NCBI RefSeq assembly: GCF_000002075.1
Contig: NW_004797339.1
Location: 931,558-995,557, forward strand
DNA from: Aplysia californica
Taxonomy: Eukaryota
Direction of reading: 5' to 3'
Length of the DNA stretch: 64,000 nucleotides
A program made the translations under genes and the position numbers. Below the pieces are notes generated by a model. That model ran no database searches and was not told the DNA's origin. It saw only the letters and a program-made list of their open reading frames with translations. Positions within the stretch are counted from its first letter, which is position 1; every line of letters starts with the position of its first letter. Shown piece after piece: positions 12,201 to 25,600 of the stretch.

Positions 12201-15200
12201 GCCAAGGGATCCACTGTATTCCATTACGCTTGCCTCTGGTGGCTTCTTTCATGACCCAGTCAATTGCCAATATGAAGAGAAAAGGTGAGAGCAAGCATCC
12301 TTGTCGCACTCCTGTCTGTACCTGGAATGGTTCTGAGAGTTGTCCTTCATGGAAGACTTAGCAGTTTGTTCCATCATAGGTGACCTTCACAAGCTTGACG
12401 ATTTTGTCAGGTATTCCAAAATGCAGCATGAGTTTCCACAGAGTTTCTCGGTCCACGCTGTCAAACGCCTTTTCACAATCAATGAAGTTGACCACGAGAG
12501 GTGAAATCCATTCAAGCGATTGCTCAACAATGATGCGCAAAGTAGCGATTTGGTCCACACATGATCGTTTTTTTGCGGAACCCTGCCTGGTTTCCTCTGA
12601 GCTTCTCGTTTGTTGCCAGCTTGATTCTCTCCAGGAGTATCCTGTTAAAGACTTTCCCAGGTATGGACAGGAGTGTAACGTCTCTGTAGTTGTTACAATT
12701 GCTGATGTCTCCCTTCTTTGGCAGCTTGATTAGGTGGCCTTCCTTCCAGGCTGATGGTATTTTCTCCTTTAGCCAAACCTTTTCAAACAGAGCATAGAGA
12801 ATTTCCACTAACGTATCTTTATCTGCCTTAAGGGCTTCCGGTGGTATATGGTCGGGACCAGCTGCCTTGTGGGACTTCAGTGTTTTTATAGCGGCTGCAA
12901 TTTCCTCTCTTGAAGGTGGTTCCGTATATTGGGAGGTCATTTCTGGCTGGAAGAATTTCTAGTTGGTTTTCTGGAGGTGGTCTGTTCAAGAGTTGATCAA
13001 AGTGTTCTCTCCATCGGTTAAGTTGCCCTTCTGGGTTGAAGATAGTCTTTCCCTCTTTGTTTTTCACTGGCAAAGTGGGCTGCTTGCTGAACCTACCTGA
13101 AAGAGTTTTTGTTGTCTGGTGTACAATCCGCAAGTGCCCGTCTGTTGCTGCTTTCTCTGGCCATTCAGGTAGGTATTCTTGTCCTTCTTCTTGGAATTCT
13201 TTACCTCCCGGTTTACTTCGGTGGAGGTTTGTATAGACTAACCATAAACCAAAACGAAAATTCATAGCTTTTCCAGACTATCAACAACTCAAGCCAACAA
13301 CATATCTCTTTCTGAAAGGGACTCAAATCTAATTCAGGTTCACCAGAACGAAGTACTGATATCCATAATACAGTACTAAGAAGACATCTTTAAGCCAGAC
13401 TCGACCAGGAAATGAACTCATACCCTCTCAGGAGCAAGTCCAGCAGCATAGCCACTGGGTCACTTTGAAGAAACGATGCTACAATAAGCATGTGTGATGA
13501 GAACAAACTAAACATACCATAGTGGGTCTCTGGTGTAACCCCTCGTGACAGGACATGAGTGTAGGAAATTTTTTCACATCTGGCCTCTGCATTAAATACT
13601 CTTTGAACTTCAAAATAGTACCTGGGGATGATGAAATATAAACGATTGTGAAAATGTCAGTTGAGAAAGTAAAATCTAATTTGCATTTTGCTAGGCCTAC
13701 TTCTTAGCTCTGCAGATATTTGAAGTTAACTCTTAAAACCCTGAGTCTTTTCCACCATTTCCCTGAGTTTTTTCTACAGTCACCTAAACCTGGTGCACTA
13801 GGTATCATTATGACCCCAAAAGCTTGCCTCCAACTTCTACATAGTGAAAACAAAGGCTTAATCATTACTAAAGAACTTGGATCGGGAATAGTTCCCAAAA
13901 AACAAGAAGAAAATAGCACTAAATGAAACAAAACAGTTGTCAATAGTACCGGACGCTCCCAGCTTCCAACGGGGAATAGGGTTATTACCACCAGACCCTC
14001 CAAGCGTCCGATGGGGTTTAAAGAGTTAATAACCAATAAAACCTTTCAAGAAACATTTCGTAGAGTCCTCTGTCCTTTCTGAGACTCACATGACCACACA
14101 CCATACAGCATAGAATATTGTCAAAGAAGCAAAAGTTTTTGATTGATCACTGATTTCTGAGGAACTCTGTAGACAGAATCTGTTCACAATGACTTGCTCA
14201 GTTACAAAATAAAAAATATATTAGGAAACAAAAAGGTCAAATGAGCTACCCCAAGATGTATGCAGACACATCTCAAAATAAGAGATTAGTTAAGCTTACT
14301 CAGAAACATTTGGATAGTTCCTGTTCAAATCCGTCAACTGCCTGAAGTGTGTCACAAAAAATGTGAAAGCCTGTGAAGAGAGTTTGGACATTACTGAGAT
14401 TGAAATATGAAAAGAAAAGCTGCAAATTATTTATGAAATATACAATAAAATAACAGTATCAGAAACAAACATTTTAACAAAAGCAAACATCAAACATTTA
14501 TTTTTTACTTTCTGTATTTTAAATTATTTTAGTAATTTTTTTTTAGNNNNNNNNNNNNNNNNNNNNNNNNNNNNNNNNNNNNNNNNNNNNNNNNNNNNNN
14601 NNNNNNNNNNNNNNNNNNNNNNNNNNNNNNNNNNNNNNNNNNNNNNNNNNNNNNNNNNNNNNNNNNNNNNNNNNNNNNNNNNNNNNNNNNNNNNNNNNNN
14701 NNNNNNNNNNNNNNNNNNNNNNNNGGGGGGATGAAACGAAGAAGAAAAATGAAAGAGATGGCCAAAGATGAAAAAGACCATGAAATGAGGGAGAATGATG
14801 GTATTCTCTGAATAGCTATCTTTATGCAAGTACCAATTACGATAAAACAAGGTCCTATCCTCCTTAGGTAGTTTTCAAAAGATTTTTCCTATCTGATCGG
14901 ACCAAAGTCAAACCTTTTTCTTAAGAAGACACTCTGAAATAGCCCAGCAAATACCAACTCCCTCCTCAGCACTGGTTCCTGGAAAGGCAGGAGGGTGAAT
15001 ATTAATTATGTAATAGTGATGAATGATCAGACCAAAATTAATATATTACAAGAGCAGGATCCTTACATCCAAAAAATGACCATCATTAAACATTTGCAGC
15101 CAATCTTTCATATAGCTTGGTCTTACCGACACAAAATTGGAGTTCCTAGCTTATAAATAATTCTACAGCATTTCAACAAAAAGTCAATTTGAACTCATTC

Positions 15201-16598
15201 TATTTTTGACAGCAGAAATAATAGAAAGACTCTTAAATTCAAGACCAGGAACAAGAGAACACCATCTTGAATTCATTTCCTTAATTGACATTGATTAGTT
15301 TGAACAGAAGACAAGCTTATTTATAATTTCTCTTAACAACAGTTTCTAAAATAGAATATCAAGTTTCGGCCAAAATGTAATAAAAGCATTCTTGAGACCA
15401 AATGTACTTAAGTTTCTCATCTGAAGTTGCATAGAAAGGAACAAAAGCTTGTCAGTGTAATACTAGTCAAATAAAGTTGGGAAATACAAGACAGCATGAA
15501 GCAAAGAAGTAATACAGAAAATAGAAAACAAACAAAAAAATACTGCTGGCACTCTCCAGGTAAACAAAAATTAAGCAAGGAGAAAAAAGCACAATTTTAA
15601 ATTACCTCTTCCGAGCTCATCTATAATCACAAGAGAATTATCCGTAACATTCTGTAAAATGTAGTTGGTCTCTTTCATCTGAGGGAGACAGGAAAAAATT
15701 CTCATAAAGAATAAAATGTCATTCAAATAACCTGACTGATCCTTAAAACATAGCTGAATATCAGTACATTCTATTGTCTTTAGACCAGAAAAAATACCCA
15801 AACGAATTAAGCATCTAGGGACCTGGGACCTAAAATATTGAATCATGCAGCTGTGGCCTCACTGTTCCAGAGAATAAATTGTTATAGTTTTTTAGACATT
15901 TCAATCTTACTCAAAATCCATGAATAAAATGCATCTGACAATGTAGCCTACAGTTATGGAGGATCAACATAGAATATCTTATCTTTCATTGAAGCATGTG
16001 CATCACATTTCTTTAAATAAATACTGAATTATCGTCCACTTATTTACGGTATATACTATAAAAAAACATGTAATAAATTATCATGTTGCAGAACTCAAAT
16101 TGAGCTTAAAAAATTAGAAAAACCTACAGTTTAATTCAGATTCAGGGAGGGGAATCATAATCATAATGGGAATGTCAAAATACCTCTAATGTAAAAGTAG
16201 AAGAGTTGGACTCCATGTCATCATCTGAGCCAATGCGGCTGAAAATCTGATCAGCAATTCGAAAGGACGCAAATTGAGCTGGTACAAAGGATCCAATCTG
16301 AGCCATGATTTGTAGCAGGGCAACCTGTCTCAGATAGGTAGATTTACCACCCTGCAAAGAAAAATTAACTGCTGACACGGATATCAGAAAATTCTAAGAA
16401 GAATGTGACTACATTTTCAGAAAATGGTTTTAAAATGTTATTTTTTCTTACAAAAACAGTTTTTTTTGTCTAGCAAATTGATAAAAAGATATTTACACAG
16501 CTAGATAAACTTCAGATGTACCAAGTTACGGCTATAAACATTTCATCTTACACAAAAAAGATTAAGGTGCCAAAACAAACTGCTCTGTAATATATAAT

Positions 16599-16632
<34 letters not shown>

Positions 16633-19600
16633 GCCTATATATATAATGCAGTCAAGCAAATATTCACTACCCGTCAAAGCACAATTGAAAATTTTAATAC
16701 TCTTAACACCAGTGCTCCTTATTTTGTTGTCTTTTCTACTGCCTCCAAACACTGATAGTTACGTGTTTCACTCCCCTATCTAACATTTGACATCTGACGA
16801 GTAACCCTCAAAGATAAAAACAGAAATGTTGCCCCAGGAATAAAGTTTGCGCACCCCTGTTGATCAAGAACCCTTTTAAGGTCTAAGGAAAAGACAGAAA
16901 TACTGCCATTATATAATAACTTGTCCCTGTAATAGCAACAGCATTCTGTCTGTAAATTCCATTAAAAAAGGGGGGGGACACAATACAAAAAAAAGCAGTA
17001 AGAACATGAAGATGGAGTGAGCCAGGATTTTTTTCAGAACCTTTATTTTGATATGTAATTTGTCATTTTAAGGGTTAAACACCAATTTCACTGCTGTCAG
17101 GTATTTAGGAGACAGGATCTTCAAATTTAATGTGTATCCCCAATAGGACCAGGCCAAATCGGAGGAGAGCCTTGAAAACTCTCCAAACAAGCAAAGTCCA
17201 AGAATGCCCCCCTGGGGATTCAAACAAGAGCCATCCACACCATAGTCCTGCAAAACGTTGATCTTTTATTACCTTTCATAACAGAGAAGGTAACCAAGAA
17301 CATACAACTTTACCCTGATGACAACATCTTACCATGTTGGGCCCTGTGAGAACAATGAAATTGCTGTGGTCTGCTGCATACTGAGGATTTTTAAATAAAA
17401 ATTGAAAGAGTCCTTTGCATTGCAGTAAAAAAACAACATAAAACAGTACATTCTGCACTTAAGAAAATAAAACAAACCAAACAATTTTATGAGAGTTTCA
17501 ACAAATGATGTGAGTTCTTCTGTGGTAATAATGACTGTTCTCATAAAAGTGAAAAAAATATTATAGTAAGAAGAAAAACATAGGAGAGTAACCACCACAA
17601 TCATCAAACCTGTGCACAATTTTGAAAAAATATGTTGTAAGAAATCAGTGAGTACAAAAGAGCTTTTAAAAGTCTTATTTTTTTAGTGAAGTCAATTATT
17701 CTATCCATCTCATAATTCTTTTTTTTTCAATGAGGATCTAAAATGTCTATAACTAAATTTGGGGAGAAGGAAGGGGGGGGGGGGGGCCCTCTCAGTTCAA
17801 CATCTATAGAGTCATAAAAAAATTATATCCTTAACAACAATCATTTAATTCAACTATTTTTTTAACATCAGTAAAGAACTTTTAAAAAGTTATGTTCTAA
17901 ATGCTAGACAAAAAATACATTTTGATGATATCTATGCAATTTGCAAATCATATCTCCTACATACAAATACAAGTAAGAAAATAGAAATTTTCAGGAAGAA
18001 ATTAGGAGCCGGTTAAACTGAGTCACACTTTACTACTAGTGCTCTTACCTGTTAACTCTAGCACAAGTCCACAAAATGTTAACGTGAAATAGTTCAATAA
18101 TGAATGATAAATACGATAAATTATAGCCTGACGACCTAAACATTTGGTAATACTGAAAAAAAAGTTCCACTCACTGTGTCATTGGGCACCACTATGTCAC
18201 AGCTGACTTTCTGTAGGATGGGATGGTAACCTTGTTTGATGGCCAATGTGTCCGTAAACTCTGGCCGAACTGTAAGAGCAGTGCAAGCCAGAAACAGAGC
18301 ATGAGATATGGGAGGAAGATTATGGTACGGATGTAGGCAAGAAAATGATTAACACAAACAAGCTTCGAAGGCAATACAGTGCATGGAATATGGATGAAAA
18401 TAAATAAAAGTGATTCTGATTTAAATTTCAGAAATTTAAAATACATCTTTTCTCAAAAATGAACATTCAGTCCTCAGTGTTAATAAAGTATAAAGTACTC
18501 TACTTTGCCTGTTTCTCTGTTACTTCCTCAAAACTCCCACAATAATCTCCTGCACCCCTTCCCCTTTCAGACACACACAAATATTAAAGAAATTGTGAAA
18601 TATTGTCTGAAAAATATGTCTCACAAAATGCAAATCATCCTGGTTTTTGTCACATGAATATGCCAGATATATACAGTCTTTGCTCATGTCCTTCTAAAAT
18701 AAATTTCGGAAAAGAGTGAACAGAACCTCCCCTCACATATCTTTCTTCTGGACCTGTGGTGAGTCCATTAATCCATATGTGCATCACTCAAACTTACTGT
18801 AAGAGGAGAGCGTGGCAGCGTGGGCCAGGGACAGCAGCATGTCCACCATGGCTACAATGTCTGCCAGTTCGTAGAGACAGCTCACCTGACCCTGGAGGCT
18901 AGTCAGCAAATCTGTGGTCACACTGACACGTGGTGAGAAAAGAAAGAAGATGGAACAGTTTGAGAAAAGAGGAGCACATTGGCACAATAATAGTCATTTC
19001 AAACTTATTTTAGTTAGTAGAGATTTTACAGCGCTCACAACTAAAGTCTTTTCAAGCTAGGAAAAGCAAGACAAACACACAGTAAGAAAGAAACAAAAAT
19101 GGTGACGCCCTCCAAACAGTCATGAAGAAGATAGAAAAGACGATTTTAATCATCCCAAAGGGGAAACCCATTAACTACAATATGACGGAAGCATTGAGTT
19201 GCATTTCATGGCGAGTCGGCAAAAAAAGAGACACATTGCACCAGTAACAGATAAGGACAGAGGTAAGTCTTATGTCTTAGTAGAGGTTTTACGGCGCTTG
19301 CAACTGCATAAGGTCATATGAGCACCAAGGAGTGGATGTCAACAGAGAAGTCCTTACAGGGAATCAGGTTTACTCTGCTCACCTCTCTAGTTTCAAAAGC
19401 ACAAAGTCCGCTTAAACTATCAAGGCACCCCGGAAATAGCGGGTCACAAGAGTGTGACAACCATACAAAAGAAGTAGAGGAACAGGAAGCGTGGCCAACC
19501 CCGCCACTGACACTGCAACAGAAGCTATACGGGCCAACAGATGAACTCAGCAGGACGGCCTAATTTATGACAGATACCAGACTTCAAGTGTGATGCGATT

Positions 19601-22600
19601 GAGAAGAAGAAGAGTAGAGGGAAAATGACAATAGTAAGGATTAGGAAAGAAAAAGCAGCAGTTCCCTGTTGCAGTTTGGCACAGTTATGAGCATGACATT
19701 GTTCAATCAGCCCATTTACAAATCTACTGTGCATAAGAACAAGTCAATGTCCCCATTTTGGAATGGCCTAAAGACACTCCAGTCAGTAGCATCGCCCCGG
19801 AGGGGGGGGGGGGGGCATGTAAGTCTGACAGGAAGTAGAAAAAGAAGACCACATCAGAGTGCCTTGCGCATAAGCAGGTAAATAGTTCAGTCTTCTCTAA
19901 CATAAACCCCATATCCAGTCACACAAATAAGACTAGTATCCTGGTACGATGTAATCTCCTCCAAAGCAACTTCACAAATACATCTTTACCTGAGGCCCTA
20001 AATCAGTGTCCCTAAAAAAAATCCAAAGAGCTTATACTTATAAATGTCTGTCACCTTTTGAAGACTTTTCCATTCCCATTAAAAATCAAAATACTCCCAA
20101 GTGCAAAGCGCAGAACACTGAGAGAAAGACCATAGTCGCAAGAGGTAACAGAGAAAAACAGAAAAGAGAACTAAGTGTTCAGGAAAAGAAAAGGACAAGC
20201 ATCCTACAGAGCTGCTGAACATTTCTACCTGCGCAAGATGGGACAGTAAATACACATTAACAAGTGTACTGAAATAATTACAAAATGCATTTGCCATCAC
20301 AGATATAGAAACATGCACTTTTGTAATGAATGTATCAATGTCAACTATAACTTTACTTTTCTGATCCAGCAGCCATCTGAGTTCGAGCCCTTTGGCCTGA
20401 TGCTGTCCCCGTAGAATTATGCAAATTTAAAAGGCCAAATTATGCACAAAAAAAGCAAAATTATGCAAAAATTATGCAAGTTACCGTAACACCATTCGCG
20501 ACATGTTTTGCACTTTTTCAACTCGAAGTTTCACGATTTTCATGTTTTATGTGCAGAAAAATTGGAAACAGAACCTATCAGTATTAGTAATTTGTCATGT
20601 TGTGTATTTGGAAAAGAAAGCAATACACATCAGTAAAAAAAAACCCAAAAAAACAACCAAAAATAATAATCTCTGTAACTTTCAGCTGTAGATCTAGATC
20701 TATAGAGGAAAATAAAATGTTTTTTAAAAAAGGACATCTGGACCTCTGATGCTGGCACATTACTAAAACCAAGGACACCTGTCTGACACGAAACATCAGC
20801 AGACATGCATGAGAACAACAACTTTTGATGGATTGAAAAATTGAGCATGCTCAAGGAACAAAATCACAACCCATAACCAAGATCTTATAACAAGGGAAAT
20901 AACCAGCTTTTCACTTAAATGAGAGTTATAACGGTGATTACGTCCCTTTAGTCACATAGCGCGGCGTTAATTAATTGTTTTGTGACAAAAAAGGAAAAAA
21001 ACGTGAAAAAACGCGGATAATCCAAAATTATGCAAATGATGCAGAATTACGCGAAAATACGCGGGCGCGCCGCGGCCACACAATCGCATAATCCTATGGG
21101 GACAGGCCTGATGTCAACTTTAAAGTTTCCTTATATTGTCATCAACATAAATGTGAGCATGGTCAAGTATGCATTTTCCTTCATCGGTAATGCCAGAAAT
21201 ATGATGTGCACAAACATTTTGGGGTTTGACACTTACAAATTTCCCATCATGTATATCTGATCTAGGGCACTCTTGATCCTTTCTGCAATAATAAACAAGG
21301 GGAAAAGGGTTTCAAAATAATATCAAAATGAAATCATTTTTTAAGTATCTCTGTTAATCTATCCAGACCTATCTGAAATGAAAAGTATGAGCATTTACAC
21401 TTTTTTAACAAATAGATGTTAAAATTACGGTTCAGAAAAAAGTAACTTTAAAAATGTTAAGCTTCCATTATATCTCAATGACAACCTTTTACTATGTCAT
21501 TGCTTTATTTACTTCCCTTTATTGTGCTTATTCAATACTTTCAAGGAGTCTCAGAAAATGAAATGGACTCATTACTATTTCAATAATCAGAACAATTCTG
21601 CTACTTGAGTGAAGAATTTGCATCTTAGATATCATTGCCAGAAGTCATGAATTGCAAGAGATATTGCTTTGGCAGCTTTAAACAATTTTGTCTAACCCCA
21701 AAAGCAAACAGGTGTCAATCATGGAAAGTATCTAACAGTTTTATTCAAAACCCCTGTCAACAGGACCAGTGAGTCGAGCATATCATCACCTTGTTGACAC
21801 ACAGCTTAAAGAGACCCCATAAAACAACTAAATAATCCATATAACATTTTTCTTTAGGCCTACACATACTTTAGTAAGACATATGGCAAGACAGGTTCAT
21901 ATCCACTGATTCCCATTTAAATACCTATAGTGTCACTCAACAATAACATACCATTCAACTGGAGCTGGGGAAGATAAATCAGGGTACAGTTGAGTATTTC
22001 CTTGCTCTACACACAAGGCATTTCAGTCTCATTGAAATGTATCTTTCTTTGTATACTTAAAATATGCAATTCATAGTTTCTTTCATTACAACCTTTTGAT
22101 TGGTTCCCTTGTATTGACTAATAAGACAAGCTGATGAACAAACAACCTGTCCATAAGATTCACTGGATACTGATAAAATGTCTTTACGCAAAAATGTTTT
22201 ATTACAATAAAGAAAGATTGGAAAACCTAGAAAAATGTCTAAATAACTGAGGTCCAGAGAGGTCACAAACTCAGGTAGCCTACACCATAGTCCAATGTCT
22301 AACAAAATGAATGAAAGAAATACCCTTAAACGCTTTCAAGGCATTTGTGTCATTTTTACAAGAGACTGAGAACAACTGCATCACTGTACTGTATTATTGC
22401 TCCAGAGTTTCTGTTGTGGAGACATTGCAGTTTGAGGAGAATCTGCACAATATCTGCCACATTCGCCAAGAACTGACTAGGACAATCTAGAAACACTGAA
22501 AAAGTAATAAAAGAGGCAGACCACGACAGAACACTCATTGTCCACTCGTGTCAGTCTTCCATGTAAAATCTGAAAGAAAGTGGTCCTGAAATTGTCCACT

Positions 22601-25600
22601 CTGATATAACAAAAGGCAGATCATCTAGAGCTTCAGCTGCAGAGGCACCACTACTTTGCTTTCCATACATTACCAGGCTATATGATTTTTATTACTGTAG
22701 CTGATAGTTTTCTGCAAGTTCCTTGCCAGCATTGAAAGTTTCAATAAACCAACATCAATTTTTTTTAAAACAAAACCAAGCACTAGTGTGTTCATTAGCA
22801 ATTGCACTGAGAAACCAGTTGGAACAATACTTAACTATTTTGCAGACAACCAGGGTCTGAATCGAACTCTCAACATAGGGAGTTTCACAGGCTCTTAATT
22901 TCATCCTAACACTAGTCTTTTCCCTTCCATTGAAATTTAATTCTTTGAAGTAACAAGCACAAAAGTGTCAGTGGCTGATCACATTGTTAACTCAACAGGT
23001 AAAACACTTTTGAAAGCCCTCCATCCTGCCCTATTGTGACTTAATATTAATTGTAACCCTACCTGTAGTAAAGCCTGAATCATGCCTAGCAACCTCAGTT
23101 TAACCTAAATCATTTTCAACATGAGCATAAGACAGAAACCCAGACAAAATGCGTTTTCCTACAACGGGACACAATAAACATCACCCACCAGCTCCATCGT
23201 GGTAAAGCTGAGAGTGTTTTTGAACTTGTTCACTTTAATGAAAACAGACGGCAGATTGTCCTGGGATACAGCAGCAGCACCACCACCACCCCCTCTCTTC
23301 CCTCGTGTCTCTATGGACATCTGGATGTAGAACCCGCGCAGACTGCTGTATGCCGTTCGCAGTGGCAGCTGGTAGTTTTCTGCACATTGCTGGACCAGAC
23401 CTGAGTGTCATAGAAAGTCTGAGACATTTTCTTTCATAATTATTTCTATCAATATTTTCCTAAATCATGTCTCCCTGTTGTCATCACCATTGTGGAGACA
23501 ACTTGGTAACTTTTCAAAACTTTAACTGACAGTGCTTTCAAATGAACATTGTCTTCAGCAGTGTTATTTATTCTTACTCCACTGGACAAAACCGAAATTT
23601 ATAAGAAGCAGGAAAATACAAAGATCTAAACTTCATTTATTTGTTTGTTTGAGAACAGAGAAGCACATTGGCACAATAACGATCATTTAGTGCTAGCAAA
23701 AAGCAAGACAAACAGAAGTACAGTAAAGAGGGAAAGTAATGAAGAAAGACCTATCAGTCGCAACTGATAACCACCTCAAAGCCCACTTAGATATACAGGT
23801 TCTTTGCTGAGACACAAGTTCACAAATTAGTCTCTACTGTTGACCAACTGAGAGAGAAGTCATTGCACTGGAGCAAATTACAATCTTGATGCAAGAGAAA
23901 TATGCAGTGGTACTTACTCTCTGAACATGCCTCACATCTTATTGATAAGTACTACATTTTGCTTTCAGATGTTTTTTACAAGAAAGGATAAAGTCATGTC
24001 TTATAAATCAAATTCTGAACTCTCCCAAAATATCTATGCCTTACATTGGACACCACGGTGAACTTCTGTTTGCTCTCTGTGTAAGTTTCATACTTCATTA
24101 GAGCTCTCAAAGCAAAAAAAAATCTACATTTACGGAATACAAAGCTTTATGAAAAACCGGAACACCAACTTCTCTTCAGATACAAGAGGAAACATACTGT
24201 TGAGATTCTTTTCCAATTAAAAAAAACTGATCAATATAAACTTAGCAACTCATTAATGAGACTCTTATCTTTCTATTTTACTTAACACTCACTTACTCTC
24301 TAGATCATCCACCAGCTCTGTGTAGGTGCGTCTTGCCACGTCAAGCAAACCTTAAAAACCAAGTATCAAAATGCTAGTAAGTAAGGAATCTATTATGTAC
24401 ATTCACAAAAGGGAAACAAATATCGCAGTGTGCCCCCCCCCCCCCCCCCCCCCCCATTCTTTCCCAAACAACAGTCCCCCAAAAACTTTTGACGAGACAG
24501 GATCCAGCAAATACCCAAATTCTTGACTCTTAGTCTTAGTTACAAATTTTAATACAGAACAGTTGATGAACTGTTCACTGGTAATAACAAGCACTTCATG
24601 GACTGCTTTGTCACTGCAAATGGTGGGGTGGGGGATTTTGAGGATTCAATAATTTTATGTTTTAAGTGACAAAACTAGCTCACAACACTTGCATCATGAG
24701 AAGGTCGGTCACATATGACAAGCTGGTCTGATCATAGTCCCTTAGTCCCATTCTTGACGGAAAACTGCATCCAATAATCATAGACAAATTTGATTAAAGA
24801 ATTACAAATGCCACACATTGTTTATTTTACTCCCCCAAGGAAAGGGCATACCTCATTATGATTAAAAACACAAACTGATGCAAGACATACAAGACAAACA
24901 AATAAGAAGTAAAAATACAACCAAATTAACTGAATTTAAAATAACTGGTAGAAGAGCACCCAAACAATTGAGGCAAAAATATTACTACAAAGATTTACAA
25001 ACCACCATGACTGCTACAACAAAATAGAATGTTATAGGCCTACTCTCTGAGGCAACTGCAAACTAAAATGTGTAAAAATTGTCTAAAAATGATATCGCCA
25101 ATGATGAAGTGAAAAACAGAAACAGTCAAGTCAGTGGGCCACATGAAGACATCCTGACAGCAGTGAAGCAACACAAACTGAAGTGGCATGAAACATAACA
25201 CAACCACACAGGTTTTTGTTTGAGTAAACAGAAATACATTGGCACAACAACAGTCATCTACTGCAGGGAAAAAGCAAGACAGGCAGAAACAAAGCAGGAC
25301 CTACCAGTTGCGCCCTCCAACCATCCAAGAAGCTCTAGGGCTTTCTAAGACAATCCTCCAGTGCTCTACACAAGGAGGGAGAAGAAGATGCTGACAGAAG
25401 AAAATATGGGAGGACAAAAACCCAAAATGGACATGACTGTAGCTGGACGATGTACTAAGAGGGGCAGAAAACAGGGATGGGTGGAGGGAGCTAGTTCACA
25501 AACTGATGACTATGGTATAGGGACAAAATAAATTCGAAGACATACATGATTTCAACGGCAGACTCCCAGTGGGACTTCAACGGCCTATTTCTGCAAGACC

